Source: Phoronis australis
Lineage: Eukaryota; Animalia; Phoronida
DNA length: 64,000 bases
Direction of reading: 5' to 3'
NCBI GenBank assembly: GCA_002633005.1
Contig: NMRA01000120.1
Span: 559,940 to 623,939 of the forward strand
The number at the start of each line of letters is the position of its first letter. The first letter of the stretch is position 1. Below are positions 24,201-36,465 of this stretch, piece by piece. Position numbers and translations under genes: made by a program. Below the pieces are notes generated by a model. The model was not told the origin of the DNA, ran no database searches, and saw only the letters and a program-made list of their open reading frames with translations.

Positions 24201-27200
24201 TACTGCGCAATTCTCCTAACGTTACTTACTCTGTTCCCTATTTGGTGAATGTTTCCAAATAAAATGTTTGGTTCTGGACCATTGATCCCCAGTGACTTGA
24301 ACAGGCTCTGTTTAGCTTTTCTGTGCCTACAAAAATAAAGTCTTTATTAATGATGATTTTTTTCTACAGAAGCGTCAGCAATAAGGGGTGGGCGTGTGAT
24401 TAAGGTCTTGTCTCATTGATTCGTTTTAGATAAACCTTAAGCAGAGAGGTTCGTGGAGTTTAAATATCTCTAGTTTTACTATAAGACACTTCAAACCTCA
24501 TCACTTTTATTTAAATCTAGCATTTGAAATTATATGGAAAGTACCTTAATGATAAATGTTAAATCTGTGGCCGCTACAAAGCCACAAGTAATTTTGCAAT
24601 TTGAGAAACAGTGGAGTGTTGACATTGAGCAACGTGACACGGAACACCTCGGATATTTTCGTAGTCTCAAATTAACCTTCGAAAATGAACGTTATCTGCG
24701 CATGTGCGAACTTCAGTCAGTACAACCAACCATTCTCCAGTTTGAAAGTAACATGACTTGCCGTACAACTGAAGTCTGCACTTGCACTGATAACGTTCAC
24801 CTCGGAGAGAACACCTCGGTTAGCTATAAATTACTCCCAGCATACGGGTATTTTCCAAGCCTCAAATTGTAATAATAATTTGAGGCTACGAAAATGCAAG
24901 AGGTGTTCCGGATGATGCCAAAGTTTATTTACATCTGACAGAAATTGTGAAATTACGCTAGTGTAAGAAAATCTCAATCCTTGTTTCATGGTCCCTGTTT
25001 TTGTTCAGGATCATTTCACTCGTAACGAAGTCAGGAGAAATCTGTAAAAAGTAACGATTTTTGGACAGTCGCGCATAACTGGTCGCATCTCCGCAAGAGG
25101 TCATTTTGGATCGAGAATCGGAAATATTTGATACTCTTTAATGGTGTTTTCCGCGCTACTGCTCCTCACGCGCTTTCACTAGTGAATTTCTTTGTCATAT
25201 CCAATTGCCATGCTATACAGCCGGAAAACGTTGCCTGTCCATCACAAAATCACGTGGTGGCCACATTTCTGGTCTGGTAGTTTGACAAGTACTCCAACAT
25301 GTTCCCTCAAAACTGGAGGCCAGACATTCACGGGCCACGCTTCCCATCAGCAGCGCGTATTATTTGCCATACCCCGAACACCTGTGCGAAAACCCGAGAA
25401 TAGGGCCAAGATTGTTTGCAGGTGCCTGCCGTGTTACTATATACAAGAAGTAGAGTTATTCTTACAAGAAAACATAATATGAATGGTATGCGCCATCGAC
25501 CTCCAGGTTCCCCTTTGCACTAAAATGTAACACCACATTTCTTGCTTGTGACGTCACAAGCCTTTCAGTTTGACACCGTCTCATTAACCTTAGCTATGTA
25601 AATTTACTTTGGCTTCAAGACTCTACAAAAGGTCTTCCGGTTTTCTGAGAGTCTAGTGGGACAGGCTACGTAAATAATGTATAGGAGTGTGGTAAAACCA
25701 TTAAAGACGTCGCTTATCTGGTTGGATTTTCATAATTACAAACAGCTTACTTCAAAATAAAAGTTTTCATTCACTGAGTGCTGAGTTCAAGTGGAGCTAA
25801 CGTGTTGTCCGTTACTTTTCATGAAATATTTTTTTGACAGGCCCTGGTATAGTTCACCAGACAGGGAATTTCCACAAACTTTAAGTAAGAAAATGCTGGG
25901 ATGGGGTTCGTCGGATTTAGGGAACCCATGAAGGGGTTGCCCTTCCAAAATAAAACGCGGGAACGCAGTCTTTAGGGCCTACGTTAATGTTTACCTTCCA
26001 CAATAGTGGTTGGGCCCACCTCCCTTACGACATCCTAGAGCCCCCAATTGTGTGATCACTTTGCTCTGTACTATGTCGTTTTCTGCTTGCAAACGGAACG
26101 CATTAAAACTATGGCATTTGGTGTCCCCCCTAAGAAGCGCCAAATGGTTCTTAAGCGAGTACCTTTCTGCGCGTTGAAATGTGTTTAATCAACGCGTACT
26201 TTTGCTTAATCAATGTGTAGTCAAATTTTTGGTGTAGTTTTGCTTAATGAACGCGTAGTTATGCTTAATCAACGAGTCGTTTTGCTTAATCAACGCGTAG
26301 TTTTGCTTAATCAACGGATAGTTTTGCTTAGTCAACGTGTATTTTTGCTTAATTAACGCTGAATCAGTTCTAAAACAACCATCGTTCTGCTCTTATACAA
26401 CGCGCACTTTTGCTTAATCAACGGGTAGCTTCACTTTAATCAACGCGCTGAATTAGTTATTCTTTAAGTCTCATCAAAGACAAGTTCATATTCAATACGT
26501 AACGACGCCATCATTTACGTGGTCACTAAGTGATAAGAATCCGCAACATTCTTCAAAAGTTGGCTTGCACCCATGCAAAAAGTCTTCCGCCAATTTGAAA
26601 GCACTGACCTGCTTGAGCTGATTAGAAGTACGCGTTGAATAAGCAATAGTGAACGTTGATTAAGTACAACTACGTGTTGAAGTGTGCGTGGAAAAAGAGT
26701 AGAACGATGATGGTTTAAGAACTAATTCAGCGCGTTGATTAAACAAAACTATGCGTTGATTAAGCAAAACTTAGCGTTGATTAAGCACAAAAAGGGCAGA
26801 AAGGTATTAGTTTAAGAACCCTTTGGCGCTCCATATCCTCATATTTATCTTTGGGCAAGGGCTTTATGTATAACAATAATGTGTACTACACAGTCGTAGC
26901 AATTATTGTTATCTTATTTTTGTCAATCAACCGTAACCTTTTATTAAATTATTCGGTAAGCGGTGAAGACGAATTTTTCACGTGCTGATAAAGCTCATTA
27001 ACACGCACCCTCTGTAGCTGGTGGGCAGCAACGTGTTTCTTTATTTTAGACATGTCGGCAATTTTTAGGTACTTAAATGCGCGTTACAGTTCATTTTATG
27101 GGTCCTGGGTTTTGTATTGGCTTGGCAGGAAACAGTTACAGGTAAAAGCTATATTGCGATATTTTTCATATCAACTAAAAATACCGTATTGCTCTTCGCA

Positions 27201-30200
27201 TAGGGCCTTATCGCCTCATCAGAAAACGGTTGTGAAACATGGCCACGAATAACGATGCATTGAGCTGGTACACTTTGGAACTCTGATGGCAGAAATGTTT
27301 GCACATGCTATTGCGACTTGACAAATGGTTGCGTTTTAGCTACAACGGGTTTATTTGTACATACGGCAGCAAGTCGGTGCACTTAATTGGCTTAAATCGG
27401 TGTCATAAACACGCAACTTGGGGAGATGTTAGCCGGTAACTCGTCCATTCCACCCCCAATTAAACGCAAATATTTGTTTAATTAGTCTGGCCCGCATTAG
27501 CCGTTGGAATGTCTTGGTAGTTCGCTGGTGTTATGTGACGAGTCATTAGGTTCGCTTCTCTGCAACCGTGTGCAAATGCTCAGTTCGAAACTGGCAAAGT
27601 AGAATGCGATGACGTATACCGTAACTTAAAGGAGAAAACACGAGAACACTGCGAGGAGAAAACACACACACAACATTATATGGAAATAGATATGAACCGG
27701 CGAATAATCAAAGCAAATAGTTGAATCCCACAACACTGAAAATTAATGTACACGTTCGTAGCCCCGTTAAAGCTCGTAAATAAAACGACTTCACAAAAAC
27801 AACTAGCAGGGTACATACATACTGCAACCGACAGCTCACAAAACTCTTTATCAAATTAACAAACCACGACTCCAAGTTTGGCAAGACTGTCCAAACACTG
27901 GCTTAATCCCGATTTCTGCAAGATTGACTCGACTGTTTTGATTGCGTCGAACTAAACGGAGTCGCTAGCCATGGGCGGCCAAGAGGGCCACTGGACAAAG
28001 CCGGCCATAACATGGCAACATTACATGATGCATTTGGACACGCTGGACTCTCCTGTTTGTGCACGCAGCTTACACATGGAAAACACGGAGACGTCTTCCC
28101 GTAAACAAATTGATCCACTCGAGCACTGGTTAACAACGCTGACACCACCCTTTCGCTCGTCGCTTAAATTGAAAATTAATGCCTTTGACGTCATTCTCGA
28201 GCGACATTCAACAATCATACTTATTACTTGTTTAATGAATTGATTTGGAAGGTTGATAAAATTCAGCCCTAAATTATGCCATCGTCTCTGACCCCCACCC
28301 CTACTGAGTGTGCAACTACATGTATTGCCACCACAAACGCGAATCCACAGGGAAACTCCAGGTATCATCTTCTTTGATCATTTTTGCATTGGTGCAACTG
28401 ATGAATGGGTCTTTTTAAATCTCCCAAACTCTTGTCCATAGCAAAGAGAAAGCTGTGTGGGGTAAAAAGGCCCACAACTGGGAATAGGTGGTAACGAAAC
28501 TCAGTCGTGTTGAGTAAAAAGATTTATCGGAAGTAACTGACACTGGTGGTATGCGAGGGCGTCAATGTACAACTTTCGGTACATCAACGCATATATAATA
28601 ACTACAGTAATTAAAAGGTCAGAAACAACAGTGCCGTTCCACGCGCCGGTTGACTTTAACACAGTTCAAAGTCCTAACTTGACCGAGACATTTAGATGAG
28701 GGAAGGAATTTTATTATTTGGAGTTTCAATGCAAAATAAGAATGTTAGAAATGTGATCCACAGCGATGTAAGAATGCCGAGTTAATAGCCGGCCTTAAAT
28801 ACTTCAAGTGTAACAATCCAAGCGGGAGAAATGCTTTCAGCACATTCGTACGTGACGTACTAACGATTCAATTTTTAATGGGCTGCTCCACTGAAGATTT
28901 CAAACTGGCCTATAAATACTTCCGGAGGTGCTTCCTCCGTCAAAATTTTATTGAGCTCGTTCGTCAAAATAACTTTCGATTAGCGGCCCTTGACGTTATA
29001 AAACTGGTCGAACTTTTTCTACCTCCGGCTCGGTCACGCTCGACGTGCATGTATGGAACGACAAGCCACTTGAAGCCAGCTTATTGGGCTTGGTTTCAAG
29101 CAATATAACTAACTACAAAATCCTCTCGAGCACCGACATGATTTCTAATCAGAGTGGGGAATAATTGAGACCTTGGCTGGGTTGCATAAAACTATCCGCT
29201 GGATAAGTTTGATTGTTGCATGACGTCAGGTGCACCGTTCAACAACAACGTGGCGCGTGATAATGCGACGCCATTGTTGGTATGCAGCGTATAACTTTAT
29301 GCAACTGGGCCCAGGTGTATAATATAAAACTGGTCTCAAACCGTGACTGGCCTACATCAAAGTTTCATGGAGGGGACGGGTCAAAAACAGTTTTGACAAC
29401 TGGGAGTTAGCACCCAACCAACTCGGCTTTTTCGCTTATTTCAACTGATTGGTGTTCTAGCTGTCACTGGCCACTTTGCAATCGAGAACAAGACATAAAC
29501 CAGTGAAAACTGGGTCGAGAATACTCGACATACACCCCTCGGCAACGCCCGACCGAATTTTTACTTTTCCGACTGATAAGGGGAGTGTAGCAGGTCGATC
29601 CCTTTGTTAATGCGCGGAAAGATTAATATTTATCTCCATTTGAAGACCAATGGACAAACACTCGAGGCCTACTTTAGATAGCTTTGAACTTCGTCGCTGA
29701 ACGATTCTCTAAACGACTTAACCATCTATTTCAATTTTTTACAGGAAGAGTTTTTATTTTCGTTAAGTCAGAGGTCCATCATTGAAAACTGAATAGGGCG
29801 TTCGCGGGCTTCTTACAGTTTAAGACATAAAACAGAGGCGGATCCAGGATTTTGAGTTGGGGGGAGGGCAGGGCAGAGTATTAGCCACGATTTTGCCCGT
29901 CAGACATTGACACTCCCTAACTATCAAATGGGATCTGGGAGAATTTTAGGGGGGGGAGCATGCCCCCCCTCTAAATTCGCCACTGTAATATTACTTACAA
30001 CAGAGAGCGTCACAGAATTAAGCACCTGAAGCCTGTTTATCTTCTCTGCTAACCTCGGAATGGACTACATACGGGCCGGATTCCCAAATTCCTGTTGATA
30101 GTAAGTGGTACCAACAGCCGGCTAGTATGAGGTTAGTAGGTGCCTTATAAGAGTCTTAGGGTTAGGATAAAGGTCCACTATTAAGGTTGACAAGTCAACA

Positions 30201-33200
30201 CACGAACAGCTCTGAATTGTGTTAGTATCAGTGCTGTTTCTGAAGTCGTTGAACGACAGACTTCCCCGAACAACACCCAAAATTAATAGACTTTATTGTA
30301 TATTGTAGACTAAAATTTTTTTGTTTTTAGAAATTCGATGCGAGTACTCACACAAAGCACGCGCACTGAAATTAAGTACTCGTGTTGATCTCAGGTGCGT
30401 GTACGGCACCATTCTTATTCTTCGTCGAAGGGCCATTTCTGCGCGTTCACTTACCAAATCTGTCCGTTGAATAAGCACATATTAACGCGCAGAAAGGTAC
30501 ACTTTTAAGAAAACTTTGGCGCTTCATACGTTCCAGCTTCCAGCGCGCAATCGGATTCGCGAAAGCCGAAAATACAGTCAACTTCCTAACTGTATTGCTT
30601 CCTTATTTTGGAAAGTCACCGAGTTGACTCGCCTGACAGGTGTCGCTATTGCCAACACCAGCGCAGTACACGCAATGAGACTTCAGTTAAATGACGTGTC
30701 GTTGGCCAGCCGAAAGAGACTAACGCATGCCCTTGTTGAACTTGTAATTCTAACAGTGTAATCCCATCTCAAACGTTAAAATATGAAGCAAGAACATGCA
30801 GATGACTGAATATATGAATATTATCATTTTGTGGTAGGTGAGACAAGAACTGTATTACTATCAGTTCAAAACGGTGAATGAGAAAAGTACTGAATTAAAA
30901 CTGAATTGTGATTAATAACAAAAAGATGTACAACTCTTAATAAAAAGACGCCATTGATGAGAACGCCCGTGAACTTGTAAAACGTTTTCAAATTAGAATA
31001 AAAAGTGCAAAAACCAATCTAACCAAAAACACGTGAGCAAACGATGAACTTTGTACTTCTGAAACAGTGGCGGATTTAGGGGGGCCAAGGGGACCATGGC
31101 CCCCCTAACTTAAAATCCTGGATCCGCCCCTGTGAAATGCACTTAGTAAACCAAGTTCACTGCATTAGATAGCAGTTTTATCAATTCCTCTCATAGCTTT
31201 TGAAATATAGTGCGCGATGACAAACCTAAACAACCAAGGGCTTGAGTTACGGGGCAAAATACCTTTATTGCGATAACGCACTTGTGTGTACTATCTGTTT
31301 CGAAAGCTGTCGTTGACAAACCGCCAACAACGTCACAAAACAAGGTGATCGCTGTCATTAATGTGGTTTAAAAATAATGCGGTCGAGCTATTTTTAGATC
31401 CAGCGCTAAATGTGACTTGTCGTTAGAAATACCGGGTGCCCGTAAACCCAGGTAAGCCTTTGTACTGGCAGCGACTGTGACCAAGCCACCCGCTGCTGCA
31501 ACGTTGCTGGGAGCAACGAAAGAAATGAAAACCGCCGCAAGCGACAACGTATAAATCAATAAATAGTCAGAATTCTCAAGTGCAAAGACCCTATTAGTTT
31601 TGATGATGCTGTGTTGTATAACTTGCATTGCCATATGCCCTGAAGGGACATTGCCAGTTTTACAGCCGATTTTTTTGGATTATTAAATAGAACCCATTGT
31701 TTATGTGGTTTTATAACAAATGGCCAGGTCTTGCCGTTGTCTGCTAGACATTAGTTGAAGTCAAGGTCAGTTTCTTTACCAGTTAAATACGCCAAAAAGC
31801 CTGCTCAGCCATTGGCCGAGCCAACAAAGCGATAGACTGCGACCGGGGGTTGGAGGTTCGATTCCACGTGGTAGCAGGCTCTCAGGAAATCACTATAGTA
31901 CGCCTTTAATACAAGCAAGTCCGAGATTGTTTGTCCTTGAACGGCCTACATGTACCTACTTAATTCCAGTCCAGTCAAGGCAAGTAAAAATACGTTAACT
32001 TTTGATCCACTTCAACAGTCGGCTACTTCACCAGCCGTCATCGTGTTTTTATAGTAGTTTGCACCGAGTAACACATTAAAAATATTCAAAATCTTAGTCA
32101 GCGACACCCACACCTAGCTATGCTTTATTTATAGGTACTTGACTTTCCCTGCTGTCCACTTCTGTCAGTTTACATAAATCAACCCGACCACAGAAACTCA
32201 AAATATATAACAACTTTCTCTAGGCGTCGGACTGCTAATTAAAGAATTCTTTCAAATGACCATCAGAACACATTTTCAGGAAATTCGCTTGTCGACGACG
32301 ATACATGTAGAATTCCAACGCTCAAAGCGAATTGATCTCAGGTGTTGAAGCTGTCACGAGGGAGTTCATCTTTGCCAGATTGTCCATTCATCCACATTCA
32401 GCTACAGCTTGGCGCTTCGTACAAAATAGGGTCCCCATTCCGTCCACACAGGGGCGATTCAAAAGAGGTTGCAACCTGGGGAATCCAGTGACAAAGCAAC
32501 AGCTTAAGGCCGTGGCAGATGCCTCTCGAAAAGGGAGGCGACCGGGGAGGAGAAAAGAGGCAGTATGAAAATTGTGGAGACAGGGAATTGCAACGACGTT
32601 GTATAGCTTAACCAGGCACTGAGGGTCCCGGCCATCATGTTCAAAGGCAGGCGTTCGCAGACATTCTAACCCACCCCCTCCCGAAATTCACCTTATTATT
32701 GAATAAGAATCCCTTGACAAAACAAAGTACTATATGAATTAGTTGTGAGCAGTCACCTGTCACCGCAATTAAACTCCCAGGACCAACCACGGATAGTTCA
32801 GTGTCAATGACTATGACGTCAAAGCTTCGCAAGATCGTTTCGCAGCCAACATGTAGCGGGTGTTACATCTTGAGTGACAGACAAGCCATGCACGCGCCTT
32901 GCTACGTCAAGACGTAAATTTGAGACACGCCAGTCAGGATTAATTTCAAAACGGTTTCTGACCTTTTTAACCAAATGCCAAGGTGTACCAAAATATGACT
33001 GGGCTTCATCGCACAAGTCGACGGGTTAACGGTTTCCGTTCACGATAGATCTCGAAAAATTTTACTTACCCGGTAACATTAATTCAAGCGCCACGTAAAA
33101 CTGAAGTTGACAAAATCTTACTCTATTTATAAATTGCCAGAGTCACGTGTTACGTTACGTTATTACTTTTTAAATTAGTTAGCCTTTATTACGTATATTA

Positions 33201-36200
33201 CCTCATGTTGTACAATCTGGTTTCTTATTATTAACCACGCACTCTGTCACTAATAGTCGTTTTTCTATTGAACACATTTCGATAGGATAGTCCGCTGAGG
33301 CAATAACAGTGGTCCTACAACACTCTTCAATAAAAATTACAGAATTGAAAATTGAACTATGATTGACAATTGCAACGACACGACATTTACAATAAAAATG
33401 GAATAAAGAAAATTTTAAAGGGAATATTAGAAATCTGATGAGACAAGTGATTAAAATTCAAAAACGCCTGTCCAAATTATTGATTGAATGATCCACGGCA
33501 AACTCTTCAGGACATCAGAGTCTTTCTTGAGGTGATTCGCAGCAATTATTTTAATAGGTGTACAGCAATTAAACAACAAAAATGTGCTTCTATAGTACGG
33601 TAAATGTGCCCCTATAGCACAGTTAAGTCGTAAGATCAAAATTGTAAATAAACTCCATGAAACAGAATGATAAAAACAAATGCTCGAACATTTTGGTCCC
33701 ATGCAGCGTATGATTGTCAAGCAATGCCAAAGATATTTACGGAGCGGTAAATAGTTTAGTTTCGTACCTTAAGATCATACATTTCAAGTGCTTATTATGG
33801 AGATAAATATTCGTAAAAATATAAGGAAATTATAGTTTTTTAAATTTTACGATTCAGTCACGGATGTTTCCACCAAAACACAGCATGGTAGAAACACTAT
33901 TTTTCAAAATTAATTTGTGAGCTATAAGGATTCTTTCAGATTCTCGTACTGGTTTGGCTACCTCAAACAGACCAGTTATTACACCACACGTTTCACAAGT
34001 TTATAGTCCCTGCGTTTTGATTCGGTTGTAGTACAAAATGGCGTCACCGCTAAATTAGCTTAACGTTTGACCTTCCCTGATCAAAATATTTACAGGTCAC
34101 AGAAGAGAACTCCTCTGCGTGTTGCAGCGGGTACACGTGTTCGAAAGTAACCCCCCCCCCAGACAGTGGTTCCACAAGCGTTGTTATCTGTCAACTTATC
34201 ACACGATTTCGCTGACTGAACCAACAAATTTGTCCGAATGTCTCACAGTATAACGCCTCGGCTAACATTTACATTGGTACCCTAGCGATTAAGTTTTAAC
34301 AGTTCGGGCAAGTGCCAGATTGCGGATTCTCGGGGACCCTATATTGCAGGAAGTCTGTGGTGCAGCCGTCTGTAGTCACAATTGTTTCACTACCCCAGGT
34401 CGCAATTTCCCTCAGTCGCCACAATTTCTGAGCTACCCCCCCCCCCCCCCCCCNGATCGTCACGATTTTCGCTCTACGACCCCGTCGCCACAGCTGGCCA
34501 ATAGGCAAAAATGACCTGCGTCGAGAAAAACAGTTTAAAACTACCAAGAAAATTGCTCGAAATGAATTTTTCAGAATTGTTAAATTAAAAGTTCAACAAG
34601 TAATGAATGCCCATAAGACAACACAAAACGAAACCATTTACCGGTAACCATCGTCAGGAATGGAATACCATACTTAAATAAAATTCTCTTATAAAGATAT
34701 AAAATGGATAAAGTGTTTTATAACTGATTGACTGAAATGAATTAGTCATTAAGAACATGGCAGTGAAAGGTCATCGCGTGCATTTACACGATGATCTTTT
34801 GAATTAGCACTCGGTGACCTTAAGGACGATTCCACTCGAGTCATAGTCATTACGTAAGAGGATCGCACCTTCCCTCCATGTGCCACTCAGTCCTCGTGAA
34901 CTGTGAACTTTAAACCCTTACACCCGCGTAATATATAATTATATATACTGATAATAATAATTTTATGGCTGTAAAGGTATTAGGGTCAAAACTGGGGTTT
35001 CAAGTACTTAACAAGTTACCTGAAGGGTTTCGAAAAGATCGATTGAAATGTCCGCCCCTAACGATAAAATTTAATTTCACGAAATTGTTTAATTCATTTT
35101 ATGATAAAATTGAATCCAGAGATGGGAGCGAGTGGTTTGTCTACACCGAGATCAAAATGAACATCCTCCAGTAATTGCTGTTTCGGGGCAAATTTTGCTG
35201 ATCTTTCCACATTTAACCGACCACCTGTTGCAAAATTCATCGAGAGGGCATTATCTTTCGTAACTCTACTAATCTTCGTTTTCACAGAGATTAAGCAATT
35301 TATTTTGAAACACGAAAGGTTAACTACACCTTATGACCCCGCTGTAAGAACCCCCATCGAGGCGTCGTTGAACGGCCTTGTGCAAATCGCCAATAAGAAC
35401 ATACTCCTGAACGCACCCCCAATATGCACTCAGTAACCTTTGGCGATTGAAAATTAAGCGATATACTTGAATTAAAAGTTATTAAGAATATGTGATGTCA
35501 TAATATTGGCTGAATACAGAGCATCAGAGAGGGGATTTCATTCTGCACTCGTTGGCCGGCCTAAACCAACTATTTATTTTGCTTCAAGGGAGACAGGTTA
35601 TTTTTCGTGACACTACAAATAGCTCATACAGCGATACACAGGCTCATTACATTGTGTTTATTAACTGACCAGGCATCTCATTCAAATTAAATCGCTCAGT
35701 AATACGTCGCGATCACGGAAAGCGTCGTTTAGGCCAAATAGAGTTACCGTAGCAGATAAAGCTGAAATTCATAGTCAATTTTCAATGATAGCTTATTTTA
35801 GCCCACAGCGGAGAATAATGTGCGACATTGAGGATTTCTCAAGTGCATAAACGTTTCAAGTACCTCTTTCATGCGACGCTGTCATTAAAAGACCCGCCTA
35901 TGGAGACGATGACTTCAAGACAAAAGCATAGGACAGTTACCACCTGACCCCACGATTACAAAAAATCTGCCCAGAGGCAGGAGGGAGCGATAATGGTCGG
36001 TTGTAATCTGCCAATATGCACCTTCTCGATTGCTGTAGGCTATTTTCAGTGACCAATTTTGCTTAATACCTCATTAATTCAGAATTTGTGGCCATTACGC
36101 AAAGATAACAATCATCGGTTTTGATCGTCACCCCTTGATCACTTCGGAAAGCCGAGTTGCTAATTCGTTTTGACGAATATGTTTCGAAATTACACCTTCC

Positions 36201-36465
36201 GTCACGTCTCTGCTTTCAGATCAACAATCTAGCCATCACACAAACCGCCGAAAAGAAAAATGACTACAGGTGAACCAATTTTGTAATTAACAGCAGGTGA
36301 ACTACTTTTTGTAATTAATGGGTAGACAACTGATTTCGTAGCCAACGCGACTTTAACGAAAGGCGTGCGTACAACAAGCGAACACTAAGAAAGGTTAAAA
36401 GTAAGAACTTACCTGTAAAACCATATTGCTAAGAGTACCAAGTTGATTATGACCAAACCCCACAT
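17943..36465 (-). CDS. Cytochrome P450, clan 3 (CYP3A / thromboxane-A synthase-like), 609 aa, 11 coding exons
   Basis: Exons 36413-36465, 24230-24326, 23763-23912, 22806-23026, 22424-22575, 21636-21766, 20995-21324, 20312-20458, 19631-19719, 18939-19085 and 17943-18255 total 1830 nt, all GT-AG and phase-consistent. Motifs: N-terminal anchor, GINGPEP hinge, [30 protein letters not shown]. Confidence 0.95.
18939..19085 (-). CDS. P450 coding exon 10 (GLTIPKDT...[13 protein letters not shown])
   Basis: Beta-sheet and meander region; ttttctag| ... AG|gtgagt. Confidence 0.95.
19631..19719 (-). CDS. P450 coding exon 9 (K helix ExxR: [14 protein letters not shown])
   Basis: ttttacag| ... CT|gtgagt. 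Confidence 0.95.
20312..20458 (-). CDS. P450 coding exon 8 (I helix AGYETTS)
   Basis: [21 protein letters not shown]...[13 protein letters not shown]. Confidence 0.95.
20995..21324 (-). CDS. P450 coding exon 7 ([10 protein letters not shown]...LTMD), with long H-I loop insertion
   Basis: H-helix RVDLLQ, 330 nt open, GAC|gtaagt. Confidence 0.9.
21636..21766 (-). CDS. P450 coding exon 6 (F-G region)
   Basis: ttcttccag| ... TGG|gtaagg; phase 1 to 0. Confidence 0.9.
22424..22575 (-). CDS. P450 coding exon 5 ([16 protein letters not shown])
   Basis: E-helix motif; phase 2 to 1. Confidence 0.95.
22806..23026 (-). CDS. P450 coding exon 4 (contains WxxxR: [14 protein letters not shown])
   Basis: C-helix motif; ttgcag| ... 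AG|gtac. Confidence 0.95.
23763..23912 (-). CDS. P450 coding exon 3 (KICEAIRDW...FSNFYGRK)
   Basis: [26 protein letters not shown] is typical of clan 3; GT-AG ends. Confidence 0.95.
24230..24326 (-). CDS. P450 coding exon 2 ([32 protein letters not shown])
   Basis: Basic stop-transfer segment plus proline hinge; tttttgtag| ... |gtaagt. Confidence 0.93.
26131..26835. mobile_element. Foldback MITE with long TIRs and internal ~21-bp tandem repeats (TTTGCTTAATCAACGCGTAG)
   Basis: gcgccaaatggttcttaa..tacctttctgc is mirrored at the right end; TA termini; the repeat arrays are inverted in the two arms. Confidence 0.8.
29170..29315. mobile_element. MITE with ~30-bp imperfect TIRs (..GTTGCATAAA..)
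   Basis: ccttggctgggttgcataaaactatccgctg versus cagcgtataactttatgcaactgggcccagg. Confidence 0.6.
29833..29985. mobile_element. CAG(T/A/G)GGCGGAT-type G-rich MITE
   Basis: TIRs CAGAGGCGGATCCAG / CTAAATTCGCCACTG; flanks TAAAA/TAATA. Confidence 0.7.
30335..30528. mobile_element. Partial second copy (one arm) of the 26131-26835 family
   Basis: gcagaaaggtac..ttaaga..tttggcgcttcata terminus and GTTGAATAAGCA units. Confidence 0.7.
31065..31132. mobile_element. 68-bp G-rich MITE, same family as 29833-29985
   Basis: TIR CAGTGGCGGAT / ATCCGCCCCTG; perfect 5-bp TSD TGAAA. Confidence 0.75.
31800..31977 (+). mobile_element. tRNA-derived SINE
   Basis: A-box-like TGGCCGAG, perfect B box GGTTCGATTCC, body, and short (TCCAG)n tail. 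Confidence 0.6.
33070..33165 (-). promoter_or_regulatory. Intronic TATA-Inr promoter with 33-nt exon
   Basis: TATAAATA (33124-33131), Inr TCAGTT with A+1 at 33102, E-box 33144-33149, donor CGG|gtaagt at 33069. Confidence 0.55.
36413..36465 (-). CDS. P450 coding exon 1: signal-anchor [17 protein letters not shown] (exon acceptor at 36487)
   Basis: ttttcattcacag| acceptor, AACATG start, AG|gtaagt phase-2 donor matching the next exon; hydrophobic anchor expected for a microsomal P450. Confidence 0.85.

Noticed and set aside
26180-26790. CRISPR array
   Set aside because: Degenerate head-to-tail 21-mers without unique spacers, mirrored inside a TIR element.
17943-36465. Calling the P450 TBXAS1 or a specific CYP3A ortholog
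   Set aside because: It keeps the I-helix Thr that TBXAS1 lacks; orthology cannot be assigned without a phylogeny.
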